From the NCBI GenBank assembly GCA_012295275.1, contig CM022673.1, positions 14,012,001 to 14,076,000 of the forward strand: DNA of 64,000 bases, written 5' to 3'. A model generated the notes under the pieces. That model was given only the letters and a program-made list of their open reading frames with translations, did no database searches and was not told the origin of the DNA. Numbering within the stretch: position 1 is the first letter of the stretch; each line of letters opens with the position of its first letter. Below are positions 1-13,302 of this stretch, one piece after another. The position numbers were made by a program, and so were the translations under genes. The DNA comes from Chrysomallon squamiferum (taxonomy: Eukaryota > Animalia > Mollusca).

Positions 1-1824
1 CTGCTTACTGCTAATTTACATACATATAAAACTTTCTGTAATAAAAACTTCAACAAACATTTGAAATAAATGATAAATAAGGTTGAGTTCATGTAAACAT
101 AAAGTTTCAATAGTTTCATTTGCAATTCAATAAATTCTTAAACACTCTTCATTTGTCTTTAAAAGATTAATTTTCGTAATAATTAGTAAATATATATCAA
201 TAATGTTGTACATATCCATAACAGAAAATACTATTTTCTAAGATATTTTATAATTCTTAAACAAATATCTTGCTTCAACAATAAACAAAAAGTTTAAAAA
301 ATATATATATATATATATTTAAATTTAAAAACATATTTATATAATTATTAACTTATTTTAAAACATGAAGGTTACATTTTTTCAGTCAGATTAAAACAAA
401 ACAGCTGAACAATAACCTATACTGATAAAATATTGATATGAATCTTAATACTCCTGTTTAGTACAGAAATAATTACCTGTTGGTGACAGAACAGATTGTC
501 AATGTCTGTCAAGGCTTTCATGAGTTTTAAAAATGTTTATATGGCTATAAGAGTTGTATTCAATTCAGTATCACTTTTTCTTTAAAAAAAACACTAACAA
601 TAAACCGACAGCATAAAACCTCCCTGCCCTCAAAAGTAAAATAAATAATAATATAAAAAACAAATAATAACATATAATAAATAGGTACGTTCATAGTCTA
701 AAATTTGTATGTAAAATACAGTAGAGACGGTGCTAATCTGTTTTACCTTAGATAATAAATGAAATGATGTGTAACAGACAAATATTTAAACATTGTAACC
801 TACCAGATCAAATGCATTGCATATTATTTACAGCTAATAGTTTAAGCATTATGAATGAAAGGTAATTATTTTAGTTATATATACATTTTTTATTTTAATT
901 CCATACCTATCGTGATGGAAAATGATTAATTTTTCTGTTAATGATGCATTGTATGTTAAATTTGTTAAATAAATCAATATTTTATATTCATTTTATAATC
1001 ATATTTGTGTGTATAAGAATAAACATACTTTAAACATGCAGTAGGAAAGTGAGTATATTGCTTGATTGAAAGAAAATACTAATTATTTATTAATTAATTT
1101 GAGAAAAATTCTGATTTATAGTTTTTATATGATAATTATTGTTATAAAAATGTTAAATAAGATTGGTGTTGTCTTCTTTGATTAATTAATTTTCTTTCTT
1201 TTTTTATTTATTTATTTATAGATGGTCTACATGTATGTGCAGATAAGTATGTGTATAATGTCTAAACTGAATGATGGTGTGTATTTGTTGTTTTATACAG
1301 ATGAGATTTTTATTTTACAGAAAGCAGGGTTAGTTCAATGGGTGATATAGATTACAGAGAACCGCTGAGAAAGAATGGTAAGAAATAAATATGATACTAA
1401 TTCTTCCCTAATATTTCTATTTTATTAATATCTCTGTACATTTTATCTGGTTCATCATATTTAAAATTAAAAAAAAAAAAATCCTCTCATGTTATTTGTA
1501 TGTTGTGTCTGTGAGATATAGTTGATGCCTAATAATAATTAATGAAGAGTTGAGATATTAATAGGTATTCATATATTCATTTTCCTTTTAACACAACAGA
1601 ATGAAAAAAAAAAGACAGTGGATTGTGATTAATTTTTGTTCAGTTAAGTTATGGTCTTACTGAATTGTAGTCAGATTGATATGCCTTCCACTTGAAAATG
1701 TATTCAAGAATCATTTAAAATGACAAGCTAAATAAATTAAAGTTTTGTAGATCTGTTGTTAATGTAATTCATGTTTTTATTAAAATAGTGGTAACATACT
1801 CTGTTATATTTGTGGTGTTTGTAG

Positions 1825-3810
1825 ATGAGCATTTTAACAGCTCTCAGAAACTTTGTCAGATTCTGGCCAAACTGTGAGAGAGGAAGAAGATGTCCGTTCA
1901 TACATCCAGACAGACAGTGTCCGTGAGTATTTACAGATATAGGTTGTTGCAACATGTTTTGAATAATAGGGTTGTTCCATGAACACTCCATTCCTTGGAT
2001 TTGTTTGAAGCCTTGTAATTTGATTCATTTGGATGGATAATACAGGATTCCAGTTATTTCATGTATGTGATAAGTGATTTAAAAAGTATGATTTCTCACA
2101 TTTAATCTTTGTTTTTTGTAGCAGATTTTGCTGAGCAAGATAATAATTTATGTCAATGTTCCTGAACTGGTTATTTGTAACCATATCACTTAGACCAATC
2201 ATTTCTTTAATTTCAGAGTTTTAACAGATTAAATGACTGTAATTTATTGTCTGATGAAACCTTAATTTTCATATTGTCATTCTCACTGTACTTAAAAAAA
2301 AAAACAAATTATGTTTATAAATGTTAAACATTTTCAGAGACTGGCCAAACTGTCGTCAAGGTGCAAACTGTCCTTTCTTTCATCCACGCCCTGGAGCAAA
2401 ACGTGAGTTACAGTTTATCAGAAACAGTTCCCTTATTTATCACATTAAATGATGCCTCCACATGATTTTTGTCACAATTTACTCTAGCAATCAGACGTTT
2501 ATCCTTAATAACTGTATTTTTAAGTTGGATTTCCACTTTACTGCAAGTAGCACTTATAACATTTAGAGAATTGTCATTAATCAACATTTATTTGTATGTT
2601 TAGATTATGTTATTTCATTAATCTAAAAAATCTTTAAATAATACTAACTACTATTAAACTGTTATCATTTATTGATGATGATATATGACTTTTTTTTTAA
2701 AACAACATTCACAACAATTAAATTGTTATTACTGATATTACATGTTTGGCAACAGGCTACCCACCAGATGCCAGTGATACTGCTCCACCTAACAAGATGG
2801 TCAGGTCTGCTAGAGAAAGTTATAACTGGCAGTTTCAAGCAGAGGATGTTGACCAGGGTCCACGAAGGGTGATGGGTGAGGAGAGGTTTGAGCGAGGCCA
2901 GCCTGTGGGTAAATACCAGGAGGTTGTCACTGGAGGCAGGATGTATGATGAGACGTCTGGTAGAAGACTTGCAGGTGGGTATGAGATGGGAGCAGACAGG
3001 TGGAAAAGGATGTCAGAGTTTGGAGATAAGTGGAATGAGAGAGAGGTGTTTGACTACACTTCACAGTCCTCTCAGTCAGCAAGTCGTCAAGCTGATGTAA
3101 CCCAAGCATATGCTCAGTTGTCTGGTCCATGGACCCAGTCCACAGATAGAAGAATGGATTCAGGACTGAATAAAAACCAGGTGCTGCTGGGCACCTACAG
3201 AGATGAATGGCAAACATACAGCAAACCTGAACCTTTAATCAGGTCATCTGTACAGCAAGACCACTTTGGTTACAGCCAGGACACTTACAGGCATTTAGAT
3301 CCTTCAACTAACAGACAGGACAGTTCACTGAGTAGACAGAATTCAGCAGGTGGGAGACAGGATGCTGTCTTACACCGACACGACAGCTCAGTGACTCAGT
3401 ACACTGATGACTATGGTTATGAGATGTCTGCGCCAGGCAGACCGGCTGACCAGCTGACCAGGTCATCTCCTGCCCATGTCGATGACTGGAGATATGGTCA
3501 ACGAAGTGACCCACCAAGGACTTCTAGAAGCGAGATAGAGTCTGAACAGACTTACAGACCTTCAGCATACAAAACATCTGCTGAGCTGAGGAGACTTGAA
3601 GGTCAGTTCAACACTGAGGAGAAGAGGATGTACCAGCCGTCTGCTCAGTCTGATGTACAGAATATTGAGAGATATCACAGTGCTTATTATCCAGACAGAC
3701 AGGAGTATAAGGAGACCGTGACTAAAGAGAAAGTCTACTCTTATCCACCAGCTTACGAAACAAGTCAGAGAAAGACAGATTTGTACTCATATGAACATTA
3801 CTCTTACTGA
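1825..3810 (+). CDS. 3' portion of a CCCH zinc-finger protein gene (Nab2/ZC3H14-type C-x5-C-x5-C-x3-H fingers) with a long Ser/Arg/Tyr/Gln/Asp-rich disordered C-terminus; 5' exons unresolved
   Basis: Exons 1825 (or 1860)-1922, 2338-2402 and 2756-3810 have AG/GT boundaries and compatible phases (2, then 1). Spliced translation: RFWPNCERGRRCPFIHPDRQCPDWPNCRQGANCPFFHPRPGAKRYPPDASD...YSYEHYSY*. AATAAA at 4233-4238. Confidence 0.75.
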
Positions 3811-5961
3811 TCAGCAGAAACTTATTTGTTCATTTTAGATTTGTTTATTTTAACAAACATATACTGACCTGCAAGTGTTTACATACAAGTCAGTGTACAC
3901 TAACTTACAACACACATAGTAAAATAGAGTCAGCAGTTATGTACATTTATATATATTTATATATATATATGATGGTGATTATAATCATACTACCAATTTT
4001 TACTACAATTAAATTTTATCACTTAATAATATTTTATTCAAAATGTAATTGTATTTAACCCTTCTGACAGTAACAGTTTTAACAGACACTTCAGATAAGA
4101 TTTTTTAATTCTACTTTTATTTTTGTACAAAGTGATGATACATTTATACATTTACAGATTTTTGTATGATTCATATACACATTTGTAGTTTATACATATC
4201 TATCTTAAAAATTTTGAACATAATTTTGTTTTAATAAAATACAAGACAATAATTTTTATACAGTTTTTGGTATGTTTTAATCTGCACTGGTTTAATCACC
4301 TATCACTTAGAAGGAAAGATCATTTTAAAATAAGAACAAAATATTTGCAGTTTAATGATTCTGTGATATATCAAAAGTTGCAATTTTCTTTGATGTTTTC
4401 TATATAGGGTGTAGCAAGATTTTCAGTTCTGGTTTTTTAATTTACAAAAATTTATCATAACAGAAGAGCCAACGTTAAATGAAATGTTTTACCGTCATGT
4501 ACAGAAAAGATAAAATGATGTGGCTTCTTTTACAGTAATTAAACAAACAGTTAAATAAAACTTTGTGTACTGAGAGTATTCCACTTTTTAACAATGATTA
4601 GATGCTCGATATTTCATCATAAAACTTTCCTTCCTTTTTTTTTTTTTTTTATTATTTTTATTTTTTTTAAATTTAAAAATAATAAAAATTAATGTGCAGA
4701 AAAAAAGAGAAAAGAATAGGTCTGATTCGTAAAACGAAAACCTATGACAAACAACGAAAGTCATTTATCAAGTTCTGGAATATTGCACATGAAAAGGATA
4801 ACAATTTCTACCCAATAAGAAATGACAGCGGAGAAGTTAAACCGGAGATAGGCCTACTCGCTGATAGGAGAGAGTAGCTGGAATGTGGAAACGAAGAAAT
4901 CGGGAAGGGTAACTGATCAGCTGAGTTATCTGTTTCGGACTCGCCATATCAATCACAATGGGACCCACGACAACAAGCGTGCTAACTTACACACTAATCG
5001 TCTTCACTGTGTGTGTGTGTGTGCATACAAACATGGCTGTGTATGCATGTATGTACACATCGATAATAGACACATACAAACATATATAAAACAATTATAC
5101 AAAACCACAGACGTACACAAAGAAAAATAATGAACACACGTACCTAAAAACAATACAGACACAAGCACCTGCACACAAGAATGAACACAGACGCAAATGA
5201 ATGCACATGTACATGCTTACACACATGTAAATAAACATGAAATAGCACGTACAAACACACATACTGAGAAAATCAAACGAACATGCGTGCACACAAAACA
5301 TAAATGTAAGAATCAGTCGTCCCCAAAATTTAGTTTTTTACACTTGGTTGATAACTGAAGCTCATTTCTTCTGCTTAGATAGATGTGTTTGTGTTTTTGC
5401 GTATATACGCGCCACTGTTACGCCCAAAATGTTTTTACAAAGAATATCTCTAAAAACCTGTCATATTTATACATTTGGGCTGATAGGAGTGATATTAATG
5501 CTTATTGTTACTTACGTTACCTATTCCCTTCAACTCTACGGCAGAATTATCAAAAGTTTGTTCTCATTTCCAGGTTATTTTTATTCCATTTCGTAAGGAG
5601 TGAAGAAGAAACAAAAAGTAGATTTACCGGAGTGTCGTTTAATATTTGTTCCTTTGCTAAATTAAGTAATAATAACGATTTCTCTGTAACGATTACATGC
5701 ATTTTACAATAACAAAAAAAAAAAAAAAAAAAAAAATAATAATAAATAAATAAATAAATAAATAAATAACACAGCTGTTTGGTTATAATACTTTATATAG
5801 AAAATTGTTCAATGGCATACACCACAAGTTCCAACACCTAGACGACAGGGGTACGTTATTTGAACTGTGTAAACATCTCGGGTCGACAAAGTTGGTGTCT
5901 GATGACGAATATATTGGCTAAAACAGTTATTTTATTTTTATTACTTTTAATGTTCAGCAGA

Positions 5962-6714
5962 TTACATGTTATTCTGGAGTAGAGCAAACATCAATGGATT
6001 CATTCCTCCCATAGCACCACCACCACCACCACCACCACCACCACCGCCGCCGCCTGATCTCTGACCTCCACCGCCTGCGTTCATCATCATCATCATCGGC
6101 AGCATCTTCGACATTTCTCCACCTCCCATCGACGACATCATCATCATACGCGCCATCGGGTTCATGTTCTTCTGTCCCATCATTGAGAACATTAGCATCC
6201 TCATAAGGTTGTCGCCTCCTCCACGCATCATCATCAGCGGCAGCATCTTTCCCATCATTCCCATCTTGGAAAATGATCCACTTCTCATCATCTGGAACAT
6301 CATCAGCCTCCTCATCCTGTCTCCACCGCCACCCATCATCATCATAGGCCACATGCTCATCATGGGATTCTGTTGACGTGTGGGCTGTGGAAATGATCCA
6401 AATCCTCCAGATCGGCCCCCACCAAACCCACCGGCTCTCGTTTGACCAAAGCCTCCGCCTCCACCCAAGGCATCAAGTGGGCCTCCTGTCTGCTGACCGA
6501 ATGATCCCATGCCAGCGCCTCCCATATCTCCTGGCTGCATACCAGTGCCTCCCATCCCACCGGCTCCCATACCACCACCGGCTCCCATCCCCCATTGCAC
6601 CAGCTCCCATGCCTCCTTGTTGTGAGAGAGCGTTGGCCATCATTGCCAGGTCTTGCATGCTTGTCTGAGTTCCCATTCCTCCTGCGCCAGTTCCTCCGCC
6701 TGTCCCTCCTTGTC
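5962..6714 (-). CDS. Terminal coding exon A of a secreted Gly/Met-rich protein; apparent frameshift at a G homopolymer (6589-6593)
   Basis: Phase-1 acceptor ttgcag|GA CAA at 6715/6714 reads GQGGTGGGTGAGGMGTQTSMQDLAMMANALSQQGGMGAGAMG. The reading then shifts into ORF 5962..6600 (MGAGGGMG...MMSMWPMMMMGGGGDRMRRLMMFQMM...NPLMFALLQNNM*). Paralogous to 8493-9136. Confidence 0.8.
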
Positions 6715-6964
6715 CTGCAATCATATATCATAGTATATTAATTATACATCATTTTAATTAAACATCTTTTTAATTATTATATCATTTTAGTTATATATCA
6801 CTGTACATTTAATTATGTATCTACTACATTTACTTTTATATCAGTACATTTAATTATATAATCATAATACTTCTAATCATATATTACATTTAATTACATA
6901 TATCACGCGTCAACTAGTAATGTGACAATAAAAAGGTGAATACCACATACAAACCACTGCATGA

Positions 6965-7070
6965 CCAATAGGTGCACGTCACATTTGAACTGTTATATGA
7001 CAAATAGGTGCACGTCACATTTGAACTGTTATATGACAAATAGGTGATGTCACATTTGAACTGTTATAAT
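6965..7070. repeat. 36-bp tandem repeat, 3 copies
   Basis: Unit aaataggtgcacgtcacatttgaactgttatatgac; the third copy is slightly degenerate. Confidence 0.85.
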
Positions 7071-7361
7071 ACTGTCATATATATTATTTAATATTAGAAA
7101 TTTAATTCACATTTTTCACACTTATTTTCTTTTATAAGTCATAGAACAAACAATATTGTTAGTCTGAATGACCGGGGAGCGTAAATATCTGACATGACTG
7201 ACTACATGTATATTGTTTTAATGATTATAAGATTCAAAAAATAAATAAATGAAAACATTGTTAATACAAGTAAAAACATTCAAATCTGGTGATATGAAAT
7301 AATAATCATGATTCTCAACTGAAAATCATCTTTCGATTTTATCACAAAATCTTCTTACGAT

Positions 7362-7427
<66 letters not shown>

Positions 7428-8303
7428 AAAAAAAAATTTAATTTGTTGTTTTGCGCTTACGAATAATTCTCTAATGATATTAATTTAAAATTTAAAAGCA
7501 GATTGTGTAAATATCAGAATCACTTAGCTAAAGCGACAATTCCATCATCATTATCATCATTTTTATAATTCGTTTTTCTTTCTTTCTTTTTTAATGTTAT
7601 ATTCTCTGTTTTAGGAACAATTCTGTAAATCAAAAATAGTTTTAATATGAAAATAGATATAGCGCTCAAATTAGTGTTAAATATGTAACATAAAACAACA
7701 AAATTCAATAAGTTTTCCTATCGAATTCAAAAACGATTATATTTCATATATAGTAATGAAAAGTTCCATGTTAAATACAAATACAAATTCAACTTCTTGA
7801 ATACAGTCAAGATTTATTTATCACACACAGCTATTAAATATTTAGTTCTTAATAGTCTGTGTACATAAATAAATGATTAAATGTTGATAGTCTGTTTACA
7901 TAAATTTTTATCTTTTGATTGTTTACATAAATCATTCAGTAGTGATAATTTGTGTACATAAATTAACCAAAGTACACATAACTAATATAGTGTTAATAAA
8001 CAAATTGGTCAGTTTGAAGGTCTGTGTACAAAAATTATTCAAAGTGAATAGTTTGTGCTGATAAATTATTCAAAATTAATAGTCTCAGTACACAATTAAA
8101 CCACTCAATGTTGACTGTCAGTGTACACAAACTATTGAGTGTTAGTAGTTTGCTGGCATACATTATGCGGTGTTAACAATCTGTGTACATAAACAAAATA
8201 TTACACTGTTTACATAAAAAACTAGTTTATTTCAGTGATATTTGATTTTTACAAAGTGGCGTTTAAAAAGTCACCCGATATCACATTTTATTTGTAATAA
8301 TCC

Positions 8304-8490
8304 CAGTGTCACTTTTAACTGTCACAGTCCAAAAACGAGTCACATTTATCTGTGACAATCAAAAAATGTCATTTTAACTGTCCCAGAAAAAAATGTCACT
8401 TTTAACTGTCACAGAAAAAGTGTCACTTTTAACTGCCACAGTCAAACCAGTGTCACTTTTAACTGTCACGGTAAACCAATGTCACCTTTA
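8304..8490. repeat. ~28-bp degenerate tandem repeat (about 6 copies) just 3' of the exon B stop codon
   Basis: Recurrent gtgtcacttttaactgtcacag(tcaaa) units. Confidence 0.8.
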
Positions 8491-8492
8491 CT

Positions 8493-11400
8493 TCACGCGT
8501 TACCGTTCATCAACATTGCTAAGGCGGGCAAAGGAAGCTGTCCCGACCCTCCTCCCTGACGATTCATCATCATCAACATCGGCAACATCGAGTTCATCTC
8601 CCCGCCGCCGTTCATGGCACTGATCAACAACATCCGGGTCATCGGATTCACAGATTTGCTCCCCAACATGGAGAACATAAACATTTTTCTCATTGCGTCA
8701 TTTCCGCTGCGCATCATTAACAGAGGCAGTAATCCCCCCATCGCCCCTGACTTGCCCATGGCTCCTCCGCCACCTCGCAGCATCTGGAAAAGCATAAAAC
8801 GTCGCATCTGATCTCCAGCGCCACCCATCAGCGCGAGGGGCATCATCATGTCCTGCAGGGACGATGTTCGACGTCGTGGCTGCATCCGGCCCATGCCACC
8901 GAACGCTGATGACGGATTTGTGAACTGTCCAAACTGACCAGGGGTTTGTCCTGCGCCGAAGGCTGACGGCTGACCAAGAGTTGATGCCAGCAGACTTCCT
9001 GCCTGGCCTGTCATTGCCGCACTCGGGAAACTCGACTGCTGAGGCTGAGAGGCTGCTGCGAACATATCCAGTCCTGCCCCACCCTGCCCTGCCAGCAGTC
9101 CTCCCTGAGTAGCCGGCAGTCCGCCTGTCTGTTGTCCTGCAGGTAAAACAAAACACCAGTCAGTAACATCAGTAACATAGTAACATCACGTTGTAACAAT
9201 ACTTAGTAACACAGTAACATCACTTAGTAGTTAGTAACTCAGTAACATCACGTTGTAACAGTAGTTAGTAACTCAGTAACAGTAGTTAGCAACACACGTC
9301 ATTTTAATAACTGTAATAACAGTAGTTAGCAACATCACTTAGTAACAGTACTTAGTAACACACGTCACTTTAATAACAGTATTGAATTAACGTGACGTTA
9401 GTTTAAATACTCTTGAAAACAATTATTTTTAGACTCAGTCTTTTATAATTATGCTACTTTGATAAATTATTTTTCTACGTCTTTGTTTTATTATTATTAA
9501 TATTATTAATATTATTATTATTATTATTATTATTATATGTTTATTTTCTTTGTTGTTGTTCGTGTTTCAATTTTTTTTTACTAATTATTATTTTTAATTA
9601 TATGGTTAAAAAAACTACAAAAGTAATGAAAAGAAAAAAAAAGAAAAAAAAAAACAACAACAAAGAAACGGATATTCCATTTTAAGAACATTAGATGCCA
9701 ATCTTCATTTGAAAACACTTTTACAATTTCTATTAATAAAAAAAAAAACATGTCTGTATGACGTCATATTACTAAGGTGACCTTTATATAGCTCTGTCTG
9801 ACATGAAAGAAAGATAAATCAGTTTCAACTGTCAGGCGTTGACAAACACGTGTGACAGTTGATGGACCTTTGTTTTAAGTCGACACATCGTGACAGTAAC
9901 AGAACCAAAATACCTTACGTAAATCCTCATCTTTACTACTTTGCTATTTTTATATTATTATTATTATTTATTTATTTATTTATTTTTTTTTTTTATTTAT
10001 TTTTTTCTAAATATTATTTCTTGTATTTATTTATTTGTTACAGAAATTTGAAAACACTAGTACCTATTTCGGTCTGACGCATTAGTATGAATTTAATAAT
10101 TGTTTTCAAAGAAAAATTTACAAACCACAAATATGAACGAGATACAAATTACAAACAATAGATTTACTGCCATTTCACATTTATTTATTTTATTTTGAAT
10201 ATATAATTTAAAAAAAAAAAAACAATTCTGATTAAACAAATGAATGTTTAGACAAAATTTGATATTCATTTATCTCCCGATTTTTAAAAAAAAAAATTTC
10301 TTTCTTTTTCGTATCTTTTTTGCATTCTTTTAAAAATAATTTTTGGATTTGAACCCAAAGCACATTTTGTGATTTATGTTAATGAAACGGCAGTAACAGT
10401 GACAACAGCATCAACATGATAAATGAAGAAATAAACACACACATACTACCTGCGAGACCTAGACTGGAATCATCACAAACTCGGACACCAAACAAAAACA
10501 AACATCGTCAAATCTCGTTCTTCAACACACAGACTGGCAAAAGCTACTATCATGGCAAACAGCGGTGTTTTGACAGATTCGCGGGAAAGGCGGAAAGCAG
10601 ATAAAGCTTTAAATGAGGCAAACAGCAAATTGTTTTCATAAAATGGGAAAATTTGGCCAAAGCTTTGATTATGGTAAATTGCGGTTTGATATCGTCATGA
10701 ACAGGTAAGAGGTGAATAAAGCTTTGATTTGGTTAATGGATGGAGGTTTGTTTTGATATAGCGGTGAAAGAGCAAAAAAAAAAAAAAAAAACTAAATAAA
10801 AAAATAACAAAAGTAATAGTATAAAAAAAAAAGTACAAAAAATAAAAATAAATAAAAATTAAGGAAAAAAATGAACATAAATAAATAAAAATAAAGCATA
10901 ATAAAAAAAAAAAAATTAAAAAATAAATATATAATTAAAAAAATAAAAATAAAATAAATATATAATTAATAAAAAATATAATTAATAGACTAGACTAGAA
11001 TAGAACAGAATAGAATAAAATAAAATAGAATTGTGTAAAATAAAAAGAACACTAGCTATAGATAAGGTAAACAGCGGTTATTACAGGTTAAAACCATTGT
11101 GTGGAAAGAGAAAAAAGGAGTTTGTTTTGATATACAGAAAGCATCAGATGAGCAAATAACAGAACAGTTTTTAACAGAACTGAACTGAAAAGTGACACAT
11201 AATAATACACAGCAGTATTTTCACATTATATATGTTGTTAGAAACAGAAAGTTTCTTATGATCAGAGGGATATTAGTAGTGGAAATGAAAACAGTATTGT
11301 AAAGCTTTGATATATATTGTCATTTCGTTTGAATCCAGTAGCAGAATGCAGATATATTAAGAAAAGTATAATAAATATAAATAAATAAATGAATAAATAA

Positions 11401-12307
11401 ATAAATAAATACATAACTTTGTTATCTATTTATCTTTCTATTTAAAAATCTATCTATCTACCTATATGTCTGTCTGTCTGTCTAACTATATGTCTGTATG
11501 ACTGTGTGTATATGTATACATATATGTATATATGTATGTTTGTATGTATGTGTGTATGTATGTATATATATATGTATGTATGAATGTATATATATGTGTA
11601 TATGTATGTATCTATGTATGTATGTATGAATGATGGAAATCTTATAGAGTGTTTAATGTTAAAGTCACAAATGTGGATTCTTTGCTAAAGCTGCGTTCTC
11701 ACACTGCGATTCTCTGTACGAGCTGTATTTCTTTATCGAATCATAAACGTATTATAGAAACATTTAAGCAAAGACAAGTTTTACAGTAAATCATGTCCTT
11801 TCTTATATGTCTTTTTTTTTTCTTATTTTTAATTTAATATACATTGTTGTTTTGTGCAATTATTATTATTATTATTATTATTATCATCGTCATCATTATT
11901 ATTATTATTATTATCATCATCATCATTATTATACATTATTAAGACATTATTTTTGACAATTTGTTTTCACTTCATTTCGTATTTCTTTCGTTTTTCAATA
12001 AATAAATAAACGACAATAAATAAATTAAATTTTGTCCACATCTCGATGTCACGAGAGTTTACACATATTTACGAGACTAACGAATTTTGCTCGGTTTATT
12101 ACACAAAAACAGGGCTCAAAGACAAACTTGAAATTCAAACCGTTTTGCAGGCTGACTGGACAAGCAGTAAGGTTATAAATATAATATGCATTAGCACGAG
12201 GTTATAATGATATGATACATTTATCAGAAAAAAATAGTTACAAACTTTAAAGATCACTTACCATAGCTCAGAGCTATCAGCGAGGCAAAGCAGATTAATA
12301 CTATCAT
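8493..12307 (-). CDS. Secreted Gly/Gln/Met-rich protein (isoform B, 229 aa): signal-peptide exon 12307-12262 + terminal exon 9136-8493
   Basis: Exon 12307-12262 encodes MIVLICFASLIALSY+G and ends at a gtaagt donor (phase 1). The acceptor cctgcag|GA CAA at 9137/9136 continues in frame: GQQTGGLPATQGGLLAGQGGAGLDMFAAASQPQQ...MMMPLALMGGAGDQMRRFMLFQML...LPLPALAMLMNGNA*. Confidence 0.85.
9160..9380. repeat. Degenerate short tandem repeat (agtaacatcac / agtagttagtaac) next to the exon B acceptor
   Basis: Many agtaac-containing units. Confidence 0.7.
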
Positions 12308-12425
12308 TGTTGATGATGAGCCTAAAAATAAAAAAAACGTAATTTAGCCATTTAATACAACAGGAAGAAATACGTAAAAATGTTTTGCAACTATTAAGAA
12401 ACATTCAATTTTCCTATTGTTTCAA

Positions 12426-12469
<44 letters not shown>

Positions 12470-12488
12470 ATAATAATAATAACAGTAA

Positions 12489-12526
<38 letters not shown>

Positions 12527-13302
12527 CTAATTAAATGATAATTCATAAGCATAATTCCATTCAGTTTTCTATTTAGTTCGTTATAATAATTATAAGTTTT
12601 ATTAATAATTAAATATTAGACGTGATCTCGGTATAATGATATTGTTGATATACTTGTATGGCTTAATCGTGATTTACAAATAAGGTTTTTTTATTGTATT
12701 TATTTATTTATTTTTTTAATAAGGAAGTTTAATTATATCACTAAAACCGTCTATAGGTTTAAAATAAGGAAAACCTGTAAATTAAACTGTTTATTAATCT
12801 TTGGGAGACGTTAGAAACAATGTGAAACAGTAACAAAAGATTCAAGCTGAGCAAGCATTATTCAGTTTAATGTTAAAATTTAGTCTTATTTTAACAAATT
12901 TTATATTGTCATATTAAACACTTTTACATTAAAAATAAATGGAAAAGTTTTAATTTAAAAAAAATTAGATTTAGTTTTGCAGTAACTTTTGCCTTAGAAA
13001 TATAGACTAAAATATATACTGCAAGTTAAATAACATATTTTGAATATGTTTTATTAGTAATTTTATATAAAATAATAATAATAATAAAATACAATAAAAT
13101 AAAAACAAATTGTGAAACATTTTGATTTAGAAAATAGTTATGTTTTAGAAGTTAACTGCTAGTTTAAATTAAACTGAAACTAAAACTTTGGAATTTTTCA
13201 TTAAATATATTTTTATTCACAATCTATAATTATAACTGTTTAAAGAAAATTTTTACTGGATACAATTACAAAGTTTACAGAAGAAGATTTGAGACAACTT
13301 AC

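Noticed and set aside
1222-1377. Candidate upstream exons of the zinc-finger gene (e.g. MGDIDYREPLRKN ending at a gtaaga donor)
   Set aside because: I could not join them in frame to the 1825 or 1860 acceptor without a stop or phase conflict, so they are left unannotated.
1825-3810. Assigning the gene symbol ZC3H14/Nab2
   Set aside because: Only the finger type matches; finger number and position and the long C-terminal tail do not.
5969-6731. Overlapping alternative-frame and antisense ORFs (Asp/Trp-rich, Ile/Pro-rich)
   Set aside because: By-products of ATG/GGN repeats; only the Gly/Met frame is conserved with the paralogous exon.
5962-9136. Calling the Met-rich proteins reflectins, or the GGM tails chaperonin (GroEL/Hsp60) C-termini
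   Set aside because: No reflectin M/FD(X)5MD(X)5MD motif and no chaperonin domain; these proteins have signal peptides.
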